A DNA stretch of 64,000 bases, taken from contig JAPDFW010000081.1 of NCBI GenBank assembly GCA_028826165.1, positions 1,116,001 to 1,180,000 of the forward strand, written 5' to 3'. The stretch comes from Anaeramoeba ignava BMAN. Taxonomy: Eukaryota > Protista > Anaeramoebae. The notes under the pieces are model-generated. The model saw only the letters and a program-made list of their open reading frames with translations, was not told where the DNA came from and did not search any database. This document shows positions 1 to 12,266 of the stretch, piece after piece. Within the stretch, counting starts at the first letter, position 1. Every line of letters starts with the position of its first letter. A program made the position numbers and the translations under genes.

Positions 1-1305
1 TCTGAAACACTTAAACAAACAGAAAAACCAATTTTAATGATGAAAAATGTTTCTAAAATATTTTCAGGAATTAATTCATTAGCTGTTTTTCTTTTAAATT
101 CAAATCAAGAATTATTTGGATGTGGTGATAATGAACATGGTAAACTTGGATTAAGAGAATCAATAAGAAAAGAAAAAAAAATCACAAAATTAACCAAAAT
201 CCAAAATATTCCAAAAGGCAAAATAATTGATATTAAATGTGGAATTGATCATTCAATAATGTTGATTGAAAATGAAAATCAAAATCAAAATCAAAATCCA
301 AAAAGAAAACTTTATTCATGTGGGTATTACCAATATAATGGACTTGGAAAATATGAAGATACTTATGAATTTACTGAAATCAAATCATCTTTATTTGAAA
401 ATGATGATAATATTCTTGAAATTTCTTGTGGATTTGAGCATACTTTGATTTTAACTTCTAATTCAAAATTAATAGTATTTGGAAATAATAATTATAGTCA
501 ATTAGGAACTGGAAATACAGAAAATGATCAATCAATTCCTATTCAAATTGAACTTCCTAAATTAAGATTTAATGAAAATATTTCTAATTATCATCTTTCT
601 TGTGGGTCTTATAAATCATTTCTTTACTATTCTTCTTTTTCTTTTTCCAATCTTGAAGAAGATTTGATAAACCTATTTGAAAGAAAAGAATTTTGTGATA
701 TTTCATTTAAAACCAAAAATGGAGAAATAATTGAAGCTCATAAATTAATATTGAAATATAGATTAAATCAAGATGAAAATCAAATTGAAAAACTTCAAGA
801 AATTATTTCAAAAAAATCAATTCAAGAATCAAATCAAATATTTGAAATGATTTATTCAAACAATTCCAAAATAAATCCAAAATTATATTCTGAAATTAAA
901 GAAATTATAAATTCAAATGAAAAAATTGAAGAAACAATGAAAAGAATTTATTTAAATGAAAATGAAAATGAAAAAGAAAAAGATTTTATAATTGAAAGAA
1001 AAGAAAAACAATACAAATTTCCTAAATTAATATTAATAATGAGAAGTGAATTATATCGAGGAATGTTTTTATCTGTAACTGAGGATAAATCTAATAAAGT
1101 TAAAGATTATAGTGAATTAAGTAATAAATCATTTCAAATATTTGAATATTGGATTTATTCAAATCAAATTAAAAATGATATTCAAATTACACAAGAAATA
1201 ATTGAAGAATTAGAAACTGGAATTGATTATTTTCAATTAAATCAAACAAATCCAAATTTATTTGATTTATTAATTAACAAATTTCAAAAACAAAAACAAA
1301 ATTAA
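1..1305 (+). CDS. RCC1 beta-propeller + tandem BTB protein, copy 1 (5' part lies outside the window)
   Basis: Open frame from base 1 (SETLKQTEKPILMMKNV). RCC1 blades (GCGDNEHGKLGL, ISCGFEHTLIL, GNNNYSQLG) followed by two BTB-like domains (FCDISF...AHKLILKYR; KFPKLILIMRSELYRGMF...YWIYS). Intronless. Confidence 0.9.
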   Translation, partial: SETLKQTEKPILMMKNVSKIFSGINSLAVFLLNSNQELFGCGDNEHGKLGLRESIRKEKKITKLTKIQNIPKGKIIDIKCGIDHSIMLIENENQNQNQNPKRKLYSCGYYQYNGLGKYEDTYEFTEIKSSLFENDDNILEISCGFEHTLILTSNSKLIVFGNNNYSQLGTGNTENDQSIPIQIELPKLRFNENISNYHLSCGSYKSFLYYSSFSFSNLEEDLINLFERKEFCDISFKTKNGEIIEAHKLILKYRLNQDENQIEKLQEIISKKSIQESNQIFEMIYSNNSKINPKLYSEIKEIINSNEKIEETMKRIYLNENENEKEKDFIIERKEKQYKFPKLILIMRSELYRGMFLSVTEDKSNKVKDYSELSNKSFQIFEYWIYSNQIKNDIQITQEIIEELETGIDYFQLNQTNPNLFDLLINKFQKQKQN

Positions 1306-1985
1306 AATTAAAATTAAAATTAAAATTAAAAATTAAAATTAAAATTAAAAACAAAATTAAAATTAAAATTAAAATTAAAATTAAAATTAAAATTAAAATT
1401 AAAATTAAAATTAAAATTAAAATTAAAATTAAAATTAAAATTAAAATTAAAATTAAAATTAAAATTAAAATTAAAATCAAAATTAAAAATTAAAATTAAA
1501 ATCAAAATCAAAATCAAAATTAAAATTAAAATTAAAATTAAAAATTAAAATTAATATTAAAATTAAAATTAAATTTAAAATCAAAATCAAAAATTAAAAT
1601 TTAAAATTAAAATCAAAATCAAAAATTAAATTTAAAATCAAAATTAAAATCAATATCAAAATTAAAATTAAAATTAAAATTAAAATTAAAATCTTCCAAA
1701 ATTAAAATTAAAATCAAAATCAAAAATTAAAAATCAAAATTAAAAATTAAAATTAAAATTAAAATTAAAATTAAAATTAAAATTAAAATTAAAATTTAAA
1801 ATTAAATTCAAAATTAAAATTAAAATTAAAATTAAAATTAAAAATTAAAATTAAAATTAAAATTAAAATTAAAATTAAAATTTAAAATTAAATTTAAAAT
1901 CAAAATTAAAATTAAAATTAAAATTAAAATCAAAATTAAAATTAAAATTAAAAATCAAAATTAAAATTTAAAATTAAAATCAAAA
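1300..1985. repeat. (AAAATT)n intergenic microsatellite
   Basis: Direct tandem hexamers with AAAATC variants. Source of the IL/FN pseudo-ORFs in the track. Confidence 0.95.
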
Positions 1986-2047
1986 TTCATTTTTTCATTT
2001 TTTTCATTTTATTAAAAATGGATTTATATTTTTTAAAAAAAAATCAA

Positions 2048-3874
2048 ATGAATGAAATTATATTTTTTGGAAGAAATAAATACCCAACTTTTATAAAATA
2101 TGAACCAGAAAGAATAAAAGAACCAATGAAATTTCATTTTGAAAATGAAAATGAAAAACAAAATGAAAAACAAATTAAACAAATTTCATCAGGAAGATTT
2201 TCAACAATTTTCCTTTTCAAAAATGGAAAAGCAATTAAATATTTACATCATTCAAACCCAAAACCTGAAAAAATCCAAATTGAAGAAAATATTCAAAAAG
2301 TAACTGTTGGTTCTCATAACGAAGCTATTTTAACAAAAGAAGGAAATGTATTTGCCAAAGGAAGAGAGATTAATCCAAATAATCCAAATCAATTTATCAA
2401 TATTTCATCATTAATTGAAGATACAAATGATAGAATAATTGAAGATGTTGTTTCTGGAGCTAATTTAATTTACTTATTAACTTCAAATCAAAATGCTTAT
2501 GGAATTGGTGCAAATACTGTTGGCCAACTTGGTTTTGATTCTAAAACACTTAGAAGAACAGAAAATCCAATTTTAATGATGAAAAATGTTTCTAAAATAT
2601 TTTCAGGAAATACTTCAACTCATGTTTTTCTTTTAAATTCAAATCAAGAATTATTCACATGCGGATTTAATAACTTTGGTCAACTTGGACTAGGAAATTC
2701 AAGAACAGAATATAAAATTCAAAAATTAACCCAAATCCAAAATATTCCAAAAGGCAAAATAATTGATATTAAATGTGGAATTTATCATTCAATAATGTTG
2801 ATTGAAGATGAAGATGATGAATATCAAAATCAAAATCAATATCAAAATCAAAATCAAAATCAAAATCCAAAAAGAAAACTTTATTCATGTGGAAATTATT
2901 ACTATAATGGACTTGATGAAACAAACGATAAAAGTGAATTTACTGAAATTCAATTATCTTTATTTGAAAATGATGATATTCTTGATTTTTCTGTTGGATA
3001 TGATCATACTTTGATTTTAACTTACAAAAGGAAATTAATTGCATTTGGAAACAATTCATATGGCCAATTAGGAATTGGAAATACAATTTTTCAAAGAATT
3101 CCAATTCAAATTGAACTTCCTAAATTATTATTTGATATTTCTAATTATCATCTTTCTTGTGGATATAACAGATCATTTCTTTATTATTCTACTTCTTTTT
3201 CCAATCTTGAAGAAGATTTGATAAAATTATTTAGAAGAAAAGAATTTTGTGATATTTCATTTGATACAATCAGTCGAGAAAAGATTGAAGCTCATAAATT
3301 AATATTGAAATATAGATTAAATCAAAATCAAAATCAAATTGAAAAACTTCAAGAAATTATTTCAAAAAAATCAATTAAAGAATCAAATCAAATATTTGAA
3401 ATGATTTATTCAAACAGAAAGATAAATCCAAAATTATATTCTGAAATTAAAGAAATTATAAATTCAAATGAAAAAATTGAAGAAACAATGAAAAGAATTT
3501 ATTTAAATGAAAATGAAAATGAAAATGAAAATGAAAATGAAAATGAAAAAGATTTTATTATTGAAAGAAAAGAAAACCAATATAAATTTCCAAAATTAAT
3601 ATTAATAATGAGAAGTGAATTATATCGAGGAATGTTTTTATCTGTAACAAATGATACTTCAAATAAAGTTAAAGATTATAGTGAATTAAGTAATAAATCA
3701 TTTCAAATATTTGAATATTGGATTTATTCAAATCAAATTAAAAATGGAATTCAAATTACACAAGAAATAATTGATGAATTAGAAACTGGAATTGATTATT
3801 TTCAATTAAATCAAACAAATCCAAATTTATTTGATTTATTAATTAGCAAATTTCAAAAACAAAAACAAAATTAA
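2048..3874 (+). CDS. RCC1-BTB-BTB protein, copy 2
   Basis: ORF 2018-3874. ATG 2048 (MNEIIFFG) matches the paralog N-termini, though 2018 is possible. Near-identical BTB region to the other copies. Intronless. Confidence 0.9.
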   Translation: MNEIIFFGRNKYPTFIKYEPERIKEPMKFHFENENEKQNEKQIKQISSGRFSTIFLFKNGKAIKYLHHSNPKPEKIQIEENIQKVTVGSHNEAILTKEGNVFAKGREINPNNPNQFINISSLIEDTNDRIIEDVVSGANLIYLLTSNQNAYGIGANTVGQLGFDSKTLRRTENPILMMKNVSKIFSGNTSTHVFLLNSNQELFTCGFNNFGQLGLGNSRTEYKIQKLTQIQNIPKGKIIDIKCGIYHSIMLIEDEDDEYQNQNQYQNQNQNQNPKRKLYSCGNYYYNGLDETNDKSEFTEIQLSLFENDDILDFSVGYDHTLILTYKRKLIAFGNNSYGQLGIGNTIFQRIPIQIELPKLLFDISNYHLSCGYNRSFLYYSTSFSNLEEDLIKLFRRKEFCDISFDTISREKIEAHKLILKYRLNQNQNQIEKLQEIISKKSIKESNQIFEMIYSNRKINPKLYSEIKEIINSNEKIEETMKRIYLNENENENENENENEKDFIIERKENQYKFPKLILIMRSELYRGMFLSVTNDTSNKVKDYSELSNKSFQIFEYWIYSNQIKNGIQITQEIIDELETGIDYFQLNQTNPNLFDLLISKFQKQKQN

Positions 3875-4000
3875 AATTAAAATTAAAATTAAAAATTAAA
3901 ATTAAAATTAAAATTAAAATTAAAATTAAAATTCCAAAAATTATTTTTTCATTTTTAAAATTAAAATTAAAATTAAAATTAAAATTAAATTTTTTCAAAA

Positions 4001-5809
4001 ATGAATGATTGTTTATTTTTTGGTTTAAATGAAAAACCGATATTAATCAAAAATGAACGAGAAAGAATAACAAAACCAAATATAATAAAAAAACCAATTC
4101 AATTTAAATTTGAAAATGAAAATGAAAATGAAAATGAAAATGAAAAACAAATTAAACAAATTGCTTCAGGAAGTTATACAACAATTTTCCTTTTTAAAAA
4201 TGGAAAAGCAATAGAATACTTACATGAAAATGATTCAAACCAAAATCCTTCAAAAATCCAAATTGAAGAAAATATTCAAAAAGTAACTGTTGGTCGTCTA
4301 AATGAAGCTATTTTAACAAAAGAAGGAAATGTATTCGCCAAAGGAAGAGATATTAATCGAAATAACCCAAATAAATTTATCAATATTTCATCATTAATTG
4401 AAGATACAAATGATAGAATAATTGAAGATATTATTTCTGGATCTTATTCAATTTACTTATTAACTTCAAATCAAAATGCTTATGGAATTGGTGCTAATTA
4501 TGATGGTCAACTTGGTTTTGATTCTAAAACACTTGGAACAGAAAAACCAATTTTAATGATGAAAAATGTTTCTAAAATATTTTCAGGAAATACTTCAACT
4601 CATGTTTTTCTTTTAAATTCAAATCAAGAATTATTTGGATGTGGTGATAATGAACATGATCAACTTGGATTAGGAGAATCAAGAAAAGAAAATAAAATCC
4701 AAAAATTAACCAAAATCCAAAATATTCCAAAAGGTAAAATAATTGATATTAAATGTGGAATTGATCATTCAATAATGTTGATTGAAAATGAAAATGATGA
4801 ATATCAAAATCAAAATCCAAAAAGAAAAGTTTATTCATGTGGATATTATCTATTTAATGGACTTGGCAAAAATAGAAATACTTATGAATTTACTGAAATC
4901 AAATCATCTTTATTTGAAAATGATGATAATATTCTTGATTTTTCTGTTGGAGTATATCATACTTTGATTTTAACATCTAATTCAAAATTAATAGTATTTG
5001 GAAGTAATTCTTGGGCACAATTAGGAAATGGAGATACAGAATATCAACCAATTCCAATTCAAATTGAACTTCCTAAATTAAGATTTAATGAAAATATTTC
5101 TAATTATCATATTTCTTGTGGGTCTTATAAATCATTTCTTTATTATTCTCCTCTTTCTTTTTCCAATCTTGAAGAAGATTTGATAAAACTATTTGAAAGA
5201 AAAGAATTTTGTGATATTTCATTTAAAACCAAAAATGGAGAAATAATTGAAGCTCATAAATTAATATTGAAATATAGATTAAATCAAAATCAAAATGAAA
5301 TTGAAAAACTTAAAGAAATTATTTCAAAAAAATCAATTAAAGAATCAAATCAAATATTTAAAATGATTTATTCAAATAATTCCAAAATAAATCCAAAATT
5401 ATATTCTGAAATTAAAGAAATTATAAATTCTAATGAAAAAATTGAAGAAACAATGAAAAGAATTTATTTAAATGAAAATGAAAATGAAAAAGATTTTACT
5501 ATCGAAAGAAAAGAAAAACAATATAAATTTCCTAAATTAATATTAATAATGAGAAGTGAATTATATCGAGGAATGTTTTTATCTGTTACAGAAGATAAAT
5601 CAAATAAAGTTACAGATTATAGTGAATTAAGTAATAAATCATTTCAAATATTTGAATATTGGATTTATTCAAATCAAATTAAAGATGAAATTCAAATTAC
5701 ACAAGAAATAATTGAAGAAATTCAAATTGGAATTGATTATTTTCAATTAAATCAAACAAATCCAAATTTATTTGATTTATTAATTAATAAATTTAATAAT
5801 CAAAATTAA
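4001..5809 (+). CDS. RCC1-BTB-BTB protein, copy 3
   Basis: 602 aa intronless ORF, paralog of copies 1 and 2. Confidence 0.9.
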   Translation: MNDCLFFGLNEKPILIKNERERITKPNIIKKPIQFKFENENENENENEKQIKQIASGSYTTIFLFKNGKAIEYLHENDSNQNPSKIQIEENIQKVTVGRLNEAILTKEGNVFAKGRDINRNNPNKFINISSLIEDTNDRIIEDIISGSYSIYLLTSNQNAYGIGANYDGQLGFDSKTLGTEKPILMMKNVSKIFSGNTSTHVFLLNSNQELFGCGDNEHDQLGLGESRKENKIQKLTKIQNIPKGKIIDIKCGIDHSIMLIENENDEYQNQNPKRKVYSCGYYLFNGLGKNRNTYEFTEIKSSLFENDDNILDFSVGVYHTLILTSNSKLIVFGSNSWAQLGNGDTEYQPIPIQIELPKLRFNENISNYHISCGSYKSFLYYSPLSFSNLEEDLIKLFERKEFCDISFKTKNGEIIEAHKLILKYRLNQNQNEIEKLKEIISKKSIKESNQIFKMIYSNNSKINPKLYSEIKEIINSNEKIEETMKRIYLNENENEKDFTIERKEKQYKFPKLILIMRSELYRGMFLSVTEDKSNKVTDYSELSNKSFQIFEYWIYSNQIKDEIQITQEIIEEIQIGIDYFQLNQTNPNLFDLLINKFNNQN

Positions 5810-5857
5810 AATTTATTTTAAATTAAATTAATATTTATTTTGTTTTGCTTTTTTATA

Positions 5858-8800
5858 TTATTGATTTTTGCATTCTGGTGATTCTTTCTTATTAAAATCA
5901 AATTTGGATTTTACAGTTCTTTTTTTAGAACGAGAATGCGATTTTGAAGATATTTTTTCTGGAAAATGATTTTTAGGAAAAGGATCAAAATTTTCCTTAT
6001 TTTGAATAATTGAATCCAAATTTGGAGTTTTTGAAACATTTTGTAATTGAGAAGAAAGTTCCAAAACTTTTTTTTCAAGTTGAGTAATTTGGGTTTTATT
6101 ATCAGCAATTGAAATCAAATATGTTTGCTTTTCTCTGTTTTGTTTTTCGTTAACAGATTTTTCTTTTGCAAGTTCTTTCCTTAAGGCTGATATTTCTTCT
6201 TTCAAGGAATTGACCTTATTATTTCCATGTTGAACTTCAAATTCAAGAAGAGCGATATTCGAATTCAATTGAACTTTTTCAAATGGTTCATTTTTTTTCA
6301 TCTTGTCTTCTAGTTTTTGATAAGCAATTTGGTATTTTTGTTTTTCTGTGCGAATTTGATGAACTAATTTCTCCAATTCAATAACTTTTTGTGTTAATTG
6401 TTGAATACTTAAGTTTGTTTTTTGATAAGAATTTTGAGGATCCTCTTTCCTTTCAAGTGAATTTTGAGTTTCCTGATATTTCTTGTTTTCCAGAATTAAA
6501 TTCTTGTTGATTTTTTGGATCTTTTTTAGCTCTGATTTATTTCTCAATTCATTTTGTTCATAATCTTCAATTTTCTGTTGAAGATCAAAAACTTGAGAAC
6601 GTAAATTGGATAATTCTTGAAGAAGTGTATTTTGGTTGTTATTCTCTTGCTTATTTTGAGAAGAAAGCAACGACTTATATTTGTCCATTTCTATCTGAAG
6701 ATGAGATATCTTGTTTTCGAGAAATTTCTGTTGTTTTTCATTTTGATTCACAATTTGAGTTTTTTCTGATTGAAGTTGGTGAATCTTTGCCTGATCTTTT
6801 TTTCTTTTGTCTTGATCTTGAGTTTGTTTATTTTCGAGAATTGCAATTGTTTCTTCCAAAACCTTGCAAGAATTGAGATGATCTTGATTTTCTTGTTCTA
6901 AGTCTTGTTTCAATTGAGAAATTTCCTTATTTGTTTCTTGTGTCAAAAGATCCAAAGCAGATTGTTTGTTGAGAATTTCGTTCTGGAGTGTTTCTGTGTC
7001 TTTTTTTGCTTGTTCCATTAGCGTTTTGACTTGATTGAATAGTTGTTGGTTTTGTGATTGTAATTGCTCAAGATGTTCATTAACCTTCTTTTTTTCTTCA
7101 AGTGATGATTGCAAATTTTCAATCATTGAAGATTGTTCTTGAATTTTATTGGCTTGATCGTGGAATAGTGCTTGAGATTCGTTTGTTAAATCTTGTATTT
7201 TGCGAGTAAATACATCTTCCACTTTTTGCTTTTCTTGATCTTTTTGTGTTGTGATTTCTTGCTGCAATTTGATTTTGGACATCTTTAATTGTTCATTTAT
7301 TTTGGAAAGTTGAGATATTTCTGACTGTTTTTGTTCCAATTTTTGTTCAAGATGGGAAATATTTGTTTTTGATGAAACACTCAATTCTTCTAAATTTTGC
7401 TGCAAAGAAGAAATTGTTTCGCGATATTTACTTTCATCTATTCTCTTCAGCTCTTCGAGCTCAGATATGACCTGTTCCTTATGGGAAATCTGTTTTGTAA
7501 GATGAGTAATTTGGCTACTTAGATGATTTTCGTTGTGCTTTCCTGTTGTTAGTTGACTTAAATAATTTTGTTTTTCATTCACAATTTCTTGAATTTCTTC
7601 TTGTTGTTGTTTAACAGAATTTTTCAATTCAGCAATTTCTGATTTGAGTGATTGATTCAACTCATTTTCTTTCTGCATTTGTTCCGAAAGAATTATTTTG
7701 GCTGATTTTAATTCCCTGTTTTCTTTTTCCAGATTTTCAACCTGATTTTCAGTTTCCTGAACTTTTTTGCGAAATTCTTCAATTTCTGATAACAATTTAC
7801 TTGCTTCTTTATTGGATTTTTGCTGAAGAAGGATAAGATCTTCTGAAAGATTTTCCTTTTCTGAAAATGTTTGTTGTAGTAGAAGTTCTTTTTGATTTAA
7901 TTCTTCCTTTAAATTTTCTGATAATTGCAAATTTTCATTGAGTTGTATTTGGATCAAATTGAGATTTTTTTGTGTTTGTTGAACTAAATCTTGGGATTGT
8001 TTGAGTTCATTTGAAACAGCTAATTTTTCTTCTTCAAATATTTTCAACATCTCTTCTTTAGTAGAAATGATTTCCTTCAAATTATTCACTGTAGATGAGA
8101 GATCTTGTTTTTCGTTGATGTTTGTTTGGAGTTTTTGATTTAAATCTTTGATTTGCGATTCTTTTTCTTCCAAAATTTTTGTAGAATTTGCTTTCAAATT
8201 CTCAATTTCTTTCGTCGAACTTGCCATGTTTTCTTTCATTTGTTTTTGCAGAAGTTTCTCTTTCTTCTCAAGAGATGTCTTCTCTTCCTCAAGTTGTTTT
8301 GATTTTAGTTGGAGATCGGCAATTTTCTTCTCCAGAATTGCGATATTTTGTTCTTGTTTGGAATTTTCATTGGTTAGTTTTGTTATTTGAGAATCTTTGG
8401 ATTCAATTTTTTTCTTCAATGAATCAATCTCTTTGCCAAGTCGCGTAATTTCTGCTCTTTGATTTTTGAAATTGGCTTGTTTCTGGCGGAGTTTGCCAAG
8501 ATCTGTTTCCACGGTTTGTATTCTTTTCTGACTGAATTTAAGATCTCTTTCTAACGAAGATTTTTCAATTTGAATTGCTGTTTTTTCTTGGATAACACTT
8601 TTCATCTTGGTTTCTAATTGCAGAATCTTTGCTTGATTTTTCTCTTGTATTTTTTTTTGATTTGCAACATCTGAACTCAAAACTCGATTTTCTCGTGTTA
8701 GTTTTTTGACTTGTTGATTTGCTGTTTCGAGCTCCTTCTTCATTTTAGAGGCATTGATTTGTGTAGTAGAAGAGTTTGCAGTGCTTGAACGATTCCGATC

Positions 8801-11800
8801 AGGAAGAATCGACAATCTCTTTGTTTGCTGGAAAGTATTTTGCTTTATGCCTTGTTTCTTGGCTTTTCCTGTTCGCGGTTTTTTGATTTGGTTTGTTTCC
8901 TGATTTTCTGGGTTTTTGTTGCTCTCTTTTTCTTGTTGAGTTGATACTTTCTTGGATTGATTCGTTGAATTAGCTGGAGCTTTTCTTTTGATAATTTTCT
9001 TTGTGTACTTGATCGGATTATTCTGTTTTTCTTCTGCTTTGCGGAGTTTTTCCTCCAATTCTTCTTTTAATTGCTGATTCTCAAAAAGTTGTTCTTCAAG
9101 TTTCTTGTTAGTTTCTTGGAGAAGATCGTTTTCCTTTGTGAGCTGAGTTGATCCTTCATCAAGCAATTCCACAGCTTTTTGGGTATTTTCAAGAGCATCT
9201 TTAAGCTCTTTAGAATGCAAGTTCTCTTGTTCACTTTGCAATTTCAGTTGTTCGTTGATCATTTCTTGTTCGCGAAGTTTGGCAGTAATCTTGTTTGCGT
9301 CTCTTAAGGATTTATCGTACTTATTTTGACTTTCTTCTAATTGCTGATTAAGTGATTCAATCTGAGTTATTTGTTGCTCTACTTGTTTCTTCAGATTTTC
9401 ATCAAGAAGATTTGTTTGCTCCATTTGGTGTTGAAACTCCTCAAGTCGAGCTTGCAGATCCTCTTTTTGTTCAATCAGTGTTGATATTTGGAGATTACTT
9501 GATTCAAGTGCAAGTATTGAATCATTCAACTCATCCTGAAGTTGGTGGACAATTCCCTTATCCTCTTCAGAAAGACTCATGTATTCAGGATGGTTTTCAT
9601 AATTGATGAATGCAGGATTTTGTTTTTCCGTTTCCTCTTGAAGTTGCTTTTCCACTTTTTCCAATTGATTTGTTAGCATTGAAACTTTCATCACCAAATT
9701 AGTTTTTTCTTCTTCAGTATTTTGAAGCTCGTTTCTTGCTTGTGTTAGTTGGTTTTCCAGATCCATGATTGTTTTTGTTTTTTCTTCTTCCATTTCAGAA
9801 AGTTTTTCTCTCAACAAATTCCCTTCTTGTGAAGATTTCTGGAACTGTTCATGATCTGTCTGCATTTTGCTCATTTCTTTCTCCAAGTTATTTATTGTTG
9901 TATCTTGGCAACTTTCCAGTTCCATGTTTCTTTTTTGGAGAACTTGAATTCTCCCTTCAGCTTGTTTTAATAACGCCCAAATTTTTTCATTTTCATCTTT
10001 TGAATCTTGGAAATCCTTTTTCATTTGCTTTTCTCGATTTTCATATTCGCTGATAATTGTTAACAACCGCTCGTTTTCTTTTCTCAAATCGTTTGAGTCA
10101 TCCATTTCCTTTTGATTCTCTGAGTTAGTGTTGATTTTCTGTTTACTAACATCTGATTCATTTTGATCAGATTCTATTATCATTTTTCCACTGTTTTCAT
10201 CATTTGAATTAGAAATTGTATTTTCCTGATTATTATTTGAAGGATCTTGAGAATCCATAATTTCCAAATCTTCTGGATCTTTGAATCTGAGATTTTTCAC
10301 AACATTTTCATTATCCTTTCTTTTTTTTCTCATTCGAGGTCTTTGATTCTCGAGCGAATTTGTATTTTCTTTGGAAAAGTTATTGGATAATTGAAATCTT
10401 TTTGGGGAAAGAAGTTGTTCACTTTCTTGATCAATACGAAAGAGATCGAAATCAGAATTTGGACCTGTTCTATAACCTGGATGCCAAGTTTCTCTACGAT
10501 TTGGTTGTTTTTGGATATTTGTTGTTTTTGAACTCAATAAAAATTGTTTGATTTGCTCTAATTTTTGTTGTTTTTCTTGTTTTTGATCATGATTTTGAGA
10601 TTCCTTTAATTGTTTTTTAAGATCTAGAATTTGCCTTCTGTATCTTCTTAGTAAAGCTTTGTCATCCATTATTTTGTTTACTTGGGGTTTATTTTTGATT
10701 TTCATTGCTCTAGAAGCAAAATCCAAAGAATTTAAGGAAATTTCCATATATTCTATTGAAGGACAGATTGTGCAAATAAGAAGAGTCATAACGTTTCCAC
10801 CCAAAGAAGGTTTAAGAATACGAGTTAAGAAGCTATCTCTAAAAGGGATATGACCACTAAATATTTAAAAAAAAATCAAATCAAAAAAATCAATTCAAAA
10901 AAATCAATTCAAAAAAATCAATTCAAAAAAATAATTACTCTTTTCCTTTACTAAGTCTCGAAATAACTGTTCCTAATGTTAATAAACTTCTATTGATATG
11001 TGATCCTTCTTTCATTCTTAATCCTTCTACTCCTGTATGTGAAGCTCTTTCTGAACCTGCAAGATCCACAATTCTCAAAATAGAAACCTTGACAGATCCC
11101 AAATCTGATTGGTTTTGATCATTAGTTCTTTTTTCATGAAGAATTTTTGGAGCTTGATTCGACTGTTTCAACTTTCGACTTTCAATTATCATTGTGAAAA
11201 TTGTATGTGAACGACTACTTTTATCATTCATTTGAGTTGAACCAATATGTTTGTTCTTATTTCCATGCTCAAGATAATCAAGAACTTGGTCTGTATTCAC
11301 TACAACTTCTTCTCGAAGATTTTCAACAACAAATCTGTTATTTTTATCTTCAAAAACTCTCAGGTTTTCCTTCGAATTACTTAATAAATCAATTACATTT
11401 TCGTTATAAATTTCTAAATAAGAAATTCTCAATAAATATTCTCGATCAGGAATCTATTTTGAAAAGAAAAAAAAAGGTTGATTTAATTTTTTTTATCAAT
11501 TTGGGAATTTTGGAATAAAATTTTATTCTTTTAAATTTTGATTTTTTTACTTGTTTAATTCGATCAAATACATCATTAACAGATAATGGAATCAAACCAG
11601 GATTACTATATGAACCTGATAATGTATGAGTTTTTCCTGAAGATGTTTGACCATAAGCAAAAATTGTTGCTAATTTTCAAATCAATTTTTTTTCAATTAA
11701 TTTTTCAATTTAAATCAATTTTTTAAATAACAAACCATTAATCCCTTTCATCACTGAATCAATCATTTGCTTTCCTAATTTTTCATAAACTTGATCTGTT

Positions 11801-12003
11801 GATGTTTTCTCATCAAAAATTTGATTGAAATGAAAAATTTTTGGTTTTGAGTTTTTTGATTCAATAAGTTGATTTTTTGAATCAGGAATTGAGTTTTTTA
11901 TTTCTGTAAGTGAATTTTGTTCAATTTTCCAAGCCTTTTTATGACCTGAATTTATTTCTTTTTCATTTAACGGTCTTAATCTTATAGCAACTTGAATTTC
12001 CAT
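5858..12003 (-). CDS. CENPE: Kinesin-7 / CENP-E-like motor, about 1966 aa, 4 exons
   Basis: Exons 12003-11736, 11669-11551, 11453-10939, 10856-5858, all GT-AG and in frame. P-loop [12 protein letters not shown], switch I NDKSSRSH, switch II DLAGSE, HIPFRDS. Post-motor RRETW motif, long coiled coil, C-terminal CKNQ. Confidence 0.85.
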
Positions 12004-12266
12004 TTTAAAATATTAAAAAATAAAAAGAAGAAGAAAAGGAAAAAAAATTTTGAAAAGAAAAAAATAATTTTGAAAAGAAAATCGTTAAAAAAAAAATCAA
12101 TTTCAAATTAAAAATTAAATTAAAAATTAAATTAAAAAAAGAAAGTGGAATTTTTTAACGGTTTTTTTTTAATTAATTAAAGAAAAAAAAAAAAGAAGAA
12201 AAATTAAAAAATAATTCTTTTTTCTCCATTTTTTTTTCATTTTTTTTTTTTTTTAAAAATTTTTAA

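Noticed and set aside
1274-1517. Low-complexity ORFs (ILIL, FNFN, KIKI, FEIE, IYYL, KLFI and similar) here and at 19329, 20377, 24260, 26305, 28464, 29645, 41525, 47637-49605
   Set aside because: They are translations of stop-free microsatellite frames in introns, intergenic DNA or antisense to real genes.
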